Assembly: GCA_950097015.1 (NCBI GenBank)
Contig: CATNEN010000003.1
Span: forward strand, 10,788,001 to 10,852,000
Direction of reading: 5' to 3'
Length of the DNA stretch: 64,000 bases
DNA from: Macrostomum hystrix
Taxonomy: Eukaryota; Animalia; Platyhelminthes
Below, piece after piece: positions 1-12,600 of this stretch. The position numbers were made by a program, and so were the translations under genes. The first letter of the stretch is position 1. Every line of letters starts with the position of its first letter. The notes beneath the pieces are model-generated. The model made no database searches, was not told the origin of the DNA, and was given only the letters and a program-made list of their open reading frames with translations.

Positions 1-3000
1 TCTAATCTTCAGATTCTCATTTATTTCCCAAATCCCTAAACCTCCAATCTTCAGACCATTACTTATTTCCCAAATCCCTAAACCTCCAATCTTCAGACCA
101 TTACTTATTTCCCAAATCCCTAAACCTCCAATCTTCAGATCCTTACTTATTTCCCGAATCCCTAAACCTCCAATCTTCAGATTCTCATTTTTTCCCAAAT
201 CCCTAAATCTCTAATCTTCAGATTCTCACTTATTTCCCGAATCCCTAAACCTCCAATCTTCAGATTCTCATTTTTTCCCAAATCCCTAAATCTCTAATCT
301 TCAGATTCTCACTTATTTCCCAAATCCCTAAACGTCCAATCTTGAGATCCTCACTTTTTTCCCGAAACCCTAAACCTCCAATCTTGAGATTCTCACTTAT
401 TTCCCAAATCCCTAAACCTCCAATCTTCAGATTCTCACTTATTTCCCAAATCCCTAAATCTCTAATCTTCAGATTCTCACTTATTTCCCAAATCCCTAAA
501 TCTCTAATCTTCAGGTTCTCACTTATTTCCCAAATCCCTAAATCTCTAATCTTCAGATTCTCACTTATTTCCCGAATCCCTAAACCTCCAATCTTCAGAT
601 TCTCATTTTTTCCCAAATCCCTAAATCTCTAATCTTCAGATTCTCATTTATTTCCCAAATCCCTAAACCTCCAATCTTCAGATTCTCATTTATTTCCCAA
701 ATCCCTAAACCTCCAATCTTCAGATTCTCACTTATTTCCCGAATCCCTTAACCTCTAATCTTCAGATTCTCATTTATTTCCCAAATCCCTAAACCTCCAA
801 TCTTCAGACCATTACTTATTTCCCAAATCCCTAAACCTCCAATCTTCAGACCATTACTTATTTCCCAAATCCCTAAACCTCCAATCTTCAGATCCTTACT
901 TATTTCCCGAATCCCTAAACCTCCAATCTTCAGATTCTCATTTTTTCCCAAATCCCTAAATCTCTAATCTTCAGATTCTCACTTATTTCCCGAATCCCTA
1001 AACCTCCAATCTTCAGATTCTCATTTTTTCCCAAATCCCTAAATCTCTAATCTTCAGATTCTCACTTATTTCCCAAATCCCTAAACGTCCAATCTTGAGA
1101 TCCTCACTTTTTTCCCGAAACCCTAAACCTCCAATCTTGAGATTCTCACTTATTTCCCAAATCCCTAAACCTCCAATCTTCAGATTCTCACTTATTTCCC
1201 AAATCCCTAAATCTCTAATCTTCAGATTCTCACTTATTTCCCGAATCCCTAAACCTCTAATCTTCAGGTTCTCACTTATTTCCCGAATCCCTAAACCTCC
1301 AATCTTCAGATTCTCACTTATTTCCCGAATCCCTAAACCTCCAATCTTCAGATTCTCACTTATTTCCCGAATCCCTAAACCTCTAATCTTCAGATTCTCA
1401 CTTATTTCCCGAATCCCTAAACCTCCAATCTTCAGATTCTCATTTTTTCCCAAATCCCTAAATCTCTAATCTTCAGATTCTCATTTATTTCCCAAATCCC
1501 TAAACCTCCAATCTTCAGATTCTCACTTATTTCCCGAATCCCTTAACCTCTAATCTTCAGATTCTCATTTATTTCCCAAATCCCTAAACCTCCAATCTTC
1601 AGACCATTACTTATTTCCCAAATCCCTAAACCTCCAATCTTCAGACCATTACTTATTTCCCAAATCCCTAAACCTCCAATCTTCAGATCCTTACTTATTT
1701 CCCGAATCCCTAAACCTCCAATCTTCAGATTCTCATTTTTTCCCAAATCCCTAAATCTCTAATCTTCAGATTCTCACTTATTTCCCGAATCCCTAAACCT
1801 CCAATCTTCAGATTCTCATTTTTTCCCAAATCCCTAAATCTCTAATCTTCAGATTCTCACTTATTTCCCAAATCCCTAAACGTCCAATCTTGAGATCCTC
1901 ACTTTTTTCCCGAAACCCTAAACCTCCAATCTTGAGATTCTCACTTATTTCCCAAATCCCTAAACCTCCAATCTTCAGATTCTCACTTATTTCCCAAATC
2001 CCTAAATCTCTAATCTTCAGATTCTCACTTATTTCCCAAATCCCTAAATCTCTAATCTTCAGGTTCTCACTTATTTCCCAAATCCCTAAATCTCTAATCT
2101 TCAGATTCTCACTTATTTCCCGAATCCCTAAACCTCCAATCTTCAGATTCTCATTTTTTCCCAAATCCCTAAATCTCTAATCTTCAGATTCTCATTTATT
2201 TCCCAAATCCCTAAACCTCCAATCTTCAGATTCTCATTTATTTCCCAAATCCCTAAACCTCCAATCTTCAGATTCTCACTTATTTCCCGAATCCCTTAAC
2301 CTCTAATCTTCAGATTCTCATTTATTTCCCAAATCCCTAAACCTCCAATCTTCAGACCATTACTTATTTCCCAAATCCCTAAACCTCCAATCTTCAGACC
2401 ATTACTTATTTCCCAAATCCCTAAACCTCCAATCTTCAGATCCTTACTTATTTCCCGAATCCCTAAACCTCCAATCTTCAGATTCTCATTTTTTCCCAAA
2501 TCCCTAAATCTCTAATCTTCAGATTCTCACTTATTTCCCGAATCCCTAAACCTCCAATCTTCAGATTCTCATTTTTTCCCAAATCCCTAAATCTCCAATC
2601 TTCAGATTCTCACTTATTTCCCAAATCCCTAAACGTCCAATCTTGAGATCCTCACTTTTTTCCCGAAACCCTAAACCTCCAATCTTGAGATTCTCACTTA
2701 TTTCCCAAATCCCTAAACCTCCAATCTTCAGATTCTCACTTATTTCCCAAATCCCTAAATCTCTAATCTTCAGATTCTCACTTATTTCCCGAATCCCTAA
2801 ACCTCCAATCTTCAGATTCTCATTTTTTCCCAAATCCCTAAATCTCTAATCTTCAGATTCTCATTTATTTCCCAAATCCCTAAACCTCCAATCTTCAGAT
2901 TCTCATTTATTTCCCAAATCCCTAAACCTCCAATCTTCAGATTCTCACTTATTTCCCGAATCCCTTAACCTCCAATCTTCAGATTCTCATTTATTTCCCA

Positions 3001-3530
3001 AATCCCTAAACCTCCAATCTTCAGACCATTACTTATTTCCCAAATCCCTAAACCTCCAATCTTCAGACCATTACTTATTTCCCAAATCCCTAAACCTCCA
3101 ATCTTCAGATCCTTACTTATTTCCCGAATCCCTAAACCTCCAATCTTCAGATTCTCATTTTTTCCCAAATCCCTAAATCTCTAATCTTCAGATTCTCACT
3201 TATTTCCCAAATCCCTAAACGTCCAATCTTGAGATCCTCACTTTTTTCCTGAAACCCTAAACCTCCAATATTCAGATCCTCACTTATTTCCCGAATCCCT
3301 AAACCTCCAATCTTGAGATCCTTACTTATTTCCCAAATCCCTAAACCTCCAATCTTGAGATCCTCACTTATTTCCCAAATCCCTAAACCTCCAATCTTGA
3401 GATCCTCACTTATTTCCCAAATCACTAAACGTCCAATCTTTAGATCCACATTTATTTCCCAAATCTCATAATTTTTAGATCCTTAATTATTTCTCAAATC
3501 CCTTAACTTTTGATCTACAGATCCCCAACA
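1..3530. repeat. 42-bp tandem satellite with higher-order structure, running off the window start
   Basis: Unit about TCCAATCTTCAGATTCTCACTTATTTCCCAAATCCCTAAACC (42 bp, some 41). Variant blocks recur at 795, 753 and 669 bp offsets (near-identical ORFs at 748, 1543, 2296, 2965). Degenerates after ~3420. Confidence 0.97.
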
Positions 3531-3666
3531 TTTTCCTAAATTCCATTGTTTTCATTCTTCAAATCCATAATTGTTTACCATAATGTAACTCAAACCATGT
3601 GCCCACAAACTACTTGCAGTAGTGCAGTGTGGCATCAGTCAGAATTCCTGTAGTAGCAGCAGTGCA

Positions 3667-6600
3667 ATGCCGCAGTTTCATCAGCAGACTGGTTCGCTGA
3701 TTGTTTTGTCAGGCGGCGGTAGGACCGCGCGTCGCGACATGGCTATGCACGAATTCAACAATGCGCTGGTGTTCAGCCACCGGCCGTTGCGAGATTATCA
3801 GGTGTTTACAGTGAGAATCGAACGGAAAATCTTGGCTTGGAGCGGGTCCATTGAGATGGGTGTCACAGCCTGCAATCCGGATAGTTTATCTCCGTTGCCA
3901 TGCAGCGCGTCAAACCTGATTCGGTCTGCATGGGTCATGTCCGGCTTCTCGGTGCTGAAGGACGGCTTCCCCAGCTGCGAAAACTACGGCTTAGATTTGG
4001 ACACATTGAAGGAAGGCGACACGCTGGGAGTACAGAGAACCGCCGACGGCGATTTGCATTTCTTCGTCAATGGCGTCGATCTAGGTCTGGCTGCTCGCAA
4101 TGTGCCCTCCCCAGTCTGGGCTATTGTCGATCTCTACGGCAAGTGTAGCCAGGTTTCCATAGTAACAGAGGACGCCGATCTAGAGAATGGCGACGATGAA
4201 AATGATGACGAAGAAGACGAGGAGGAACTTTCGGTAGCAGCGGCGGCGACAGCATCCGCAGATGGCGCGTCTTGTTCGCCAGATTTGAGCTTGTCACCGC
4301 ACAGCAGCGTTGATCTAGACGGTCTTGAGTCCGGCGCGGCTGGCGGTGTTGGCAACAGTCAGACGCCGCTTAGCCTGGCATTGGCCATGTCTCAGCTGCA
4401 GCTAGATCACTTGACTAATCTGAGCAGAATCAGCGCGGCATTGGACATGGCTTCCGGCGGAGCCTCCGCCGCCGCCACCGCCACCGGAGGAGGCGCCATT
4501 CGGCCCGAGAGGCCCGGATCATTGAATGTTGTCGCCAGAGAAATTCTTGGCGCGTCTGCCGCGGCAGCGTCTTTAGTTGATCCATACGATTCCGATACTG
4601 CCGACCAGCAGCAGCAAGAATTGACCTTCCATCGCAAGTGCGGCAGTCTAGTTCGTTTGAGCACAGACCGTCGTGTTGCCGAACGACGCAAGCCTCTGGA
4701 CGAATTCAACAACGGTGTTGTAGTGAGCAGTAGGCCTCTGCGAGACAATGAACTGTTTGAGATTCGCATCGATAAACTAGTCGACAAATGGAGCGGCTCA
4801 ATTGAAGTTGGCATCACCAGTCACAATCCGGAACGACTCGAACTGCCATCGACCATGACCCAACTGCGTTCTGGCACTATCATTATGAGCGGAGCTGGCA
4901 TTTTAATGAATGGCAAAGGCACACAGAGAGAATACGGCAAAGTTAGCTTAGACTGTCTGCGAGTTGGCGATCGAATCGGATTGAATATTTCACCTGAAGG
5001 TGAACTCAGGTACTACATCAATGGACGTGATCAGGTGAGCTCATACTTCTGACACAGCTGTAGCCTCCTGCACCCTGTCCTGACACAGCTACAGTCTACT
5101 GACACCCGATCCTGACACAACTATAGTCTACTGACACCCGATCCTGACACAGCTACAGTCTCCTGACACAGCTACAGTCTCCTGACACCCTATCCTGACA
5201 CAGCTACAGTCTCCTGACACCCTATCCTGACACAACTATAGTCTCCTGACACCCTATCCTGACACAACTATAGTCTACTGACACCCGATCCTGAAACAAC
5301 TATAGTCTACTAACACCCGATCCTGACACAACTATAGTCTACTGACACAGCTACAGACTCCTGACACAACTACAGTCTCCTGAAACAGCTACAGTCTCCT
5401 GACACCCTATCCTGACACAGCTACAGTCTCCTGACACCCTATCCTGCCACAACTATAGTCTCCTGACACCCTATCCTGACACAACTACAGTCTACTGACA
5501 CCCGATCCTGACACAACTATAGTCTACTGACACCCGATCCTGACACAGCTACAGTCTCCTGACACAACTACAGTTTCCTGACACCCTATCCTGACACAGC
5601 TACAGTCTCCTGACACCCTATCCTGACACAACTATAGTCTACTAACACCCTATCCTGACACAACTATAGTCTACTGACACCCGATCCTGACACAGCTACA
5701 GTCTCCTGACACAACTACAGTCTACTGACACCCTATCCTGACACAGCTACAGTCTCCTGACACCCTATCCTGACACAACTATAGTCTACTGACACCCTAT
5801 CCTGACACAACTACAGTCTACTGACACCCTATCCTGACACAGCTACAGTCTCCTGACACCCTATCCTGACACAACTATAGTCTACTAACACCCGATCCTG
5901 ACACAGTTACAGTCTCCTGACACCCTATCCTGACACAGCTACAGTCTCCTGACACCCTATCCTGACACAACTATAGTCTACTAACACCCGATCCTGACAC
6001 AGTTACAGTCTCCTGACACCCTATCCTGACACAGCTACAGTCTCCTGACACCCTATCCTGACACAACTATAGTCTACTGACACCCTATCCTGACACAACT
6101 ACAGTCTCCTGACACCCGATCCTGACACAGCTACAGTCTCCTGACACCCTATCCTGACACAACTATAGTCTACTAACACCCGATCCTGACACAACTATAG
6201 TCTACTGACACCCGATCCTGACACAACTATAGTCTACTGAAACCCTATCCTGACACAACTATAGTCTCCTGACACCCTATCCTGACACAACTATAGTCTG
6301 CTGACACCCTATCCTGACACAACTATAGTCTACTGACACCCGATCCTGACACAACTATAGTCTACTGACACAGCTACAGACTCCTGGCACAGCTACAGAC
6401 TCCTGACACAGCTACAGACTCCTGACACAGCTACAGACTCCTGACACAGCTACAGTCTCCTGACACAGCTACAGACTCCTGACACAGCTACAGTCTCCTG
6501 ACACAGCTACAGACTCCTGACACAGCTACAGACTCCTGACACAGCTACAGTCTCCTGACACAGCTACAGACTCCTGAACCCGATTCTGACAGAATTACAG

Positions 6601-9600
6601 TTTCCTATCTTATTCGCAATCTGCAATCTGATTGGCCGCAGGGTGTCGCAGCAAGCCGAGTGTCTCGACCCCAATGGGCAGTGGTAGATCTGTATGGCAT
6701 GTCGGTGAAGGTCACCCTGCTGTCTCGCGGCAGCGGCAGCTTCGGAGCAGTAGGCGGCAGCCGTCTCGGCAGCAGCAGACCAATGCCGAGATCTCTTCGT
6801 TCTTCGCTGCCGGCGGCCGCTGTCGTCGCCGGTTCGGCTCCTCCGCCGATGCTGTCAACCTTCTCTGAAGACGAGGATCAACGCGAGGAAGCCGAGAAAC
6901 TCACCTTCAGTCCTGCAGCCCCGTTTGGCATTCAGCTTAGCGACGGCGCCATGAGAGCTATTGGCCAGGGTGAATTGCTGAGCAATAGGCCGCTACGCCT
7001 GGGAGAGCCATTCGCAGTGATGATTGTTAGCGGCACTGCTCAGGTTTGTGGCTTGTTTGCCTTCGTCAGTAAGCCATAGCCACACGCAGTCCTCTCCCAC
7101 CACTCTCAGTGTGCACAGAAGTCTGTTTTAAGCTTGCCATTTTTATGGCGATACATTTTTAGTGTTATGTGAGAGTTTTGCAGCCAAGTCTTTGCTTTTC
7201 TACTGTTGTCAGTAGTCTGAATTGTATCTCTCACAACAACAGTAGTAAAAACCTAGGGGTGTATTCCAATAGGCATATTTTTGTGTTCATAAAATCACAT
7301 CATGTCGCTATTATTTTTAACTGTATTATATTATAAACTATATTATATTGAAAAAGAGATTTGTACAGAGAAACGTTAGTTGCCCTTGTCACCGGTCTTC
7401 GACAAAAATAGATGAATATCTCGACGATTCATCGTAAATCATATCATGAGATATCTCATCTTCTCGCCATCATTCCTATTGTACTTAGTAAACTTGTCAG
7501 TTTAGCATTACTTATACAATGCATACTACTAAGCGCGTTTCATGTAAGTAGCAAGTTTAAAGCATTATTTCCGCGTTTCTACTTTCTACAGTGCCATATG
7601 TGTTTCTTAGTTTATTTAAGATTCGAACTCCCGACCACCTAATCATGTCTATAGTTGAGCGTGACAACTGGAACTGGCCCGCCTAGTGGCCGCAGCTGGA
7701 GTCTGTCAGAACCGGTTCGAGCCAGTTCCGGCTCGAGCCTCTCAGTCTGCGTGCGTCGGGACGGTGTCAGATTCGCGCGTAACGACGAAGATCTGGGGGC
7801 TGCTCCGAATTCGGCGGGAGTGTCGGCTCCCCTGTACGCCAGGCTGCTGTTGGATGGGGAAGCTTTGATTCGACTGGACGCCTGCTATCTGCACTATTTT
7901 CACGAGCGGCACGGCAGAAATGTGGCCCTGCTCAACAATAGGAGGACGGCTAGGTCTGTTGGCTGACATTGTGATTAAATCATTGTTTAGAGTGAGACTA
8001 GATTAGTTTGTAGAGTGGTAGAGTAAGATTAGAGTGACAGGGTGAGATTAGAGTGGTAGAGTAAGATTAGAGTGGCAGGGTGAGATTAGAGTGACAGGGT
8101 GAGATTAGAGTGGCAGGGTGAGATTAGAGTGGCAGGGTGAGATTAGAGTGGCAGGGTGAGATTAGAGTGGCAGGGTGAGATTAGAGTGGCAGGGTGAGAT
8201 TAGAGTGGCAGGGTGAGATAAGAGTGGCTGCGTGAGATTAGAGTGGCCGGGTGAGGTCAGACTTGCAGGGTGAAATTAGAGTGGCAGGGTGAGATAAGAG
8301 TGGCTGCGTGAGATTAGAGTGGCCGGGTGAGATCAGACATGCAGGGTGAAATCAGAGTGGTAGGGTGAGATTAGAGTGGCAGAGTGAGATAAGAGTGGCT
8401 GCGTGAGATTAGAGTGGCCGGGTGAGGTCAGACTTGCAGGGTGAAATTAGAGCGGCAGGGTGAGATTAGAGTGGCAGGGTGAAATTAGAGTGGCAGGGTG
8501 AGATTAGAGTGGCAGGGTGAGATTAGAGTTGTAGATAGAGTGAGATTAGAGTGAGACTGAGGACATTTGATAAGGCTGAATCGCAGTAATCCCAAATGGG
8601 ATAATTCTCCCTGCTGTATCATCTAGGCGCATCAATCCATCCACCGAGTTCAACGACGCCGTCTGCCTATCTGCTCGGCCACTGCTCGACGGCGAACTAT
8701 TTGAAATCCGAATCGATCACCTGGTGGACAGGTGGAGCGGTTCTTTGGAGGCCGGTGTGATTGTGTCACCGCCTGCCCAGTTCCCGACAACCCTGACAGA
8801 TATTCGACGCGACTGTTGGCTATTGTCCGGCTCCACCGTCATGAAGGACGGCGCCACTGTCAGGACCGGCTATCCGCTCGATCTTGACGATCCTTCTGTG
8901 GTTCGACGCGGCGACAGAATCGGCATCATGATTCGACAATCTGGCGAGTTGCACTTTTATCACAACGACGCCGACATGGGCGCCGCTTGTGTTGGCGTGC
9001 CTTCTGGCGGGTACGCCATTGTAGATCTCTATGGCCAGTGCGCGGCCATCAGTCTGTGCCCTGCTCCGCCGCCACTGCCACCGATGTCTTTCTACGCTGC
9101 GGCTGATGCGGAGAACGGCGTCCATGCTGATGGTGAAACCCCCTCTGCTGCTGCCGCCGCTGCTGCTGCTGAAGGTGGTCAAGGGTTCGAAGCTATTGAT
9201 TCAACTTTATCGGCTAGCAGCAATGCTGCAGTTGCTGATCATTCAGATGGTAATGCTGCTGGTGGAAGAAATCATACTGCTAATACTGCCACTGCTGCCG
9301 CTGCTGCCGCTGCTGCTGCTGCTGCTGCTAATGCTGGCACATCAGGCGGTGCCATTAGTGCTGGATTTGGCGCGTTTAGCGACAAAGTTCAGGTGAGAGA
9401 CTTGCTTGGTTGATTTATTGAGTTTTGCGTAGAAAATATGAAGGCAGGCGAGGTGACAAAGTGAGTGAATTAAACCAGTTTCACCTGAGATAAGATTGGG
9501 TGAAAATGAGACGAGATTAGGTGAGACTGAGATGGGATTAAGTGAAAGTGAGAGGATATTGGATGAGACTGATGTGAAATTTTGTGAGACAAAGATTTAG

Positions 9601-12600
9601 GAGGGTGAGATTGAAATTAGATAAGGTGAGACTGAGATTAGAGAGGGTGAGACTGAGATTAGAGAGGGTGAGACTGAGATTAGATAAGGGGAGACTGAGA
9701 TTGGAGAGGGTGAGACTGAGATTAGAGAGGGTGAGACTGAGATTAGATAGAATGAGACTGAGATTAGAGAGGGTGAGACTGAGATTGGATAAGGTGAGAC
9801 TGAGATTAGAGAGGGTGAGACTGAGATTAGATAAGGTGAGACTGAGATTAGATAGAATGAGACTGAGATTAGATAGAATGAGACTGAGATTAGAGAGGGT
9901 GAGACTGAGATTTGAGAGGGTGAGACTGAGATTGGATAAGGTGAGACTGAAATTAGATAGAATGAGACTGAGATTAGAGAGGGTGAGACTGAGATTTGAG
10001 AGGGTGAGACTGAGATTAGATAAGGTGAGACTGAGATTAGAGAGGGTGAGACTGAGATTAGAGAGGGTGAGACTGAGATTAGATAGAATGAGACTGAGAT
10101 TAGAGAGGGTGACTGACTTGATATTTAGCGAGACTGAGGTTAGAGAGGGTGAGACTGAGGTTAGAGAGGGTGAGACTGAGGTTAGAGAGGGTGAGACTGA
10201 GGTTAGAGAGGGTGAGACTGAGGTTAGATAGAATTAGACTGAGATTAGAGAGGGTGACTGACTTGATATTTAGCGAGACTGAGGTTAGAGAGGGTGAGAC
10301 TGAGGTTAGAGAGGGTGAGACTGAGGTTAGAGAGGGTGAGACTGAGGTTAGAGAGGGTGAGACTGAGGTTAGAGAGGGTGAGACTGAGGTTAGAGAGGGT
10401 GAGACTGAGGTTAGAGAGGGTGAGACTGAGGTTAGAGAGGGTGAGACTGAGGTTAGAGAGGGTGAGACTGAGGTTAGAGAGGGTGAGACTGAGGTTAGAG
10501 AGGGTGAGACTGAGGTTAGAGAGGGTGAGACTGAGGTTAGAGAGGGTGAGACTGAGGTTAGAGAGGGTGAGACTGAGGTTAGAGAGGGTGAGACTGAGGT
10601 TAGAGAGGGTGAGACTGAGGTTAGAGAGGGTGAGACTGAGGTTAGAGAGGGTGAGACTGAGGTTAGAGAGGGTGAGACTGAGGTTAGAGAGGGTGAGACG
10701 TGTTTAAAAGCTGAAAACTGAGATCCACCAGTTACTTTCAAATCTGAATACAATCATGTTATATTTAATTTCATTCAGCTTCACGACAGAATCCGCGCCA
10801 CCGGCTGCGGCCTGGTGTTCAGCTCCCGGCCTCTGAAACCCGATCACCTATTCGAGGTGTGCATCGATCGTTTAGTATCTGGCTCCCAGTTCTCCACGTC
10901 CGGCACGCCAGTACTAGGCATTAGCGAAGGTCTGCCGCGGGCCCACTCGGGCTGTGTTGACATACGCGAGGCCAGACGGCAAAGTTGGCTTGTGGGTTAC
11001 GGCGGCGCCTATCGCTGCTCGGACTCTGGCCAGCTCACACCGCTCAGATTGGCCTATGCTCGCTGTTTGAGTCGCTTATCAGTTGGTGACCGTCTGGCTA
11101 TTCACTACGCCTCCGATGGCAGTGTCAGCCTGCTGTTGAATGAGACCAGCTTCGGTAGATTCGCCGAATCCGTGCCTAGAAACTGCTTCGCCTTTGTCCA
11201 GTTCGGACCGCCGACCTGTCCGGCTATTGAAGAGCTGCGCTTCCTTCGCCAGGCCCAGTGCCGTCTGGCGCGTCATCCGGCCTCTGACCATCCTCTTGAG
11301 TCCTGCCTGGACGCCACTGTCACCACCAACGGCGACGAGAATGTCAAGGAGCCAGGCAACAACGAAGATAGTGACAAGGATGTCGACGAGACCGAAGCCG
11401 CTATGATTGACAATCAACAACCAGCGGACGACAAGGCCGACGATGATAATTGCGATGTGGTTGTCGACGCGACCGATGGCAAGGAAAAATCGAAAGACTC
11501 ATCATCGCCTTTGTTGCCCGCCAGTCAGCAGCAGCAGCAGCAGCAGCATGGTTTCATTGTGGTCGGCGCCAACTGCACTCTGTCCGCGGATCGTCGAACT
11601 GCCCGACGTCGGGTCGGCTTCTGTCACGCCGTTGCCGCCTGCGCCGAGGCTCTGGAACCCGCCGGCCGGCCGATTCTGTTTCGCCTCGAACGGATCGCCA
11701 CTGACCAACAGCAGCAGCCGCAGCAGCAGCACAGTGTCTCAGGCCAGTTGGGTTCTGTTAGTCTAGGCCTACTAAGTCGCAGGCCCAGTCAGCGAGACCA
11801 ATTGGCCGCTACGCTGGTTAATCAGAGGGGCGATCCGTGTCTGCTCATGTGCATTGTTGGCGATGCTGTCTATGGCCCAGGCCTCAGGCTGGTAGGCATT
11901 TGAGAGAATATTGCTTTCTTAGCCTGAATGTTTTACACCAACAGACACTTTGAGTGTATGTTTCGCTAAAAACCCAGGAAAGTACTCACGAGCTAGAGTG
12001 TATGGACGCCTCCACCCCTATCCAGAATGTACACACACGCCCCACCCTAACCCAGAATGTACACACACGCCCCACCCTAACCCAGAATGTACACACGCCC
12101 CACCCCAATAATAATAATAATAATTGCAGGAGGGCTGCGGGCAATGGCACATCATTTAGTGACACTAGACCGCAGCCCGCGAGGAGGCAATTCTGTCAAT
12201 TTCGCTGACTCCTGAGCACACACGCACACAGATACTGTACGCAGGTACACGCTCACACAGGTGTGTACATCTGCCCCTGACTTTCTCATCGTCAGGCAGT
12301 GTACACTCTCACTGTGCTTTGGAGGTTGGCCCTCAAGGGCGTAAATTGCACGACAAGCCCCCAAGCCTTCTCTACGCGCTGCGCCCCAAATGAATGTGGC
12401 CTCGCCGTGGAATCGAACTTAGGGACCTTGGTTCGAGTGGCAAACGCGTTAAACGCTCTGCCACCGACCCCCTGCCTCCACCCCTTCCATAATCCAGCCC
12501 CCAGCCCCCAATCCATGATGTACACACGCCTCCACCCCAACCCATAATGTACTCACGCCTCCAGCTACCAATTCAGAATGTACGCACTCTCCACCCCAAA

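Noticed and set aside
260-3449. Repetitive ORFs (LKIGGLGIWEISEN...) resembling LRR or pentapeptide proteins
   Set aside because: Translations of a 42-bp satellite, broken by 41-bp units; no splice context.
1-3530. CCCTAAA motif suggesting telomeric repeats
   Set aside because: One heptamer per 42-bp unit, never tandem, and the window is gene-dense.
9584-10753. Long coiled-coil-like ORFs (RLRLERV)n / (ETEVREG)n; likewise 17864-19387, 46263-47067 and 62464-63501
   Set aside because: Stop-free frames of intronic minisatellites lying between exons that splice in frame without them.
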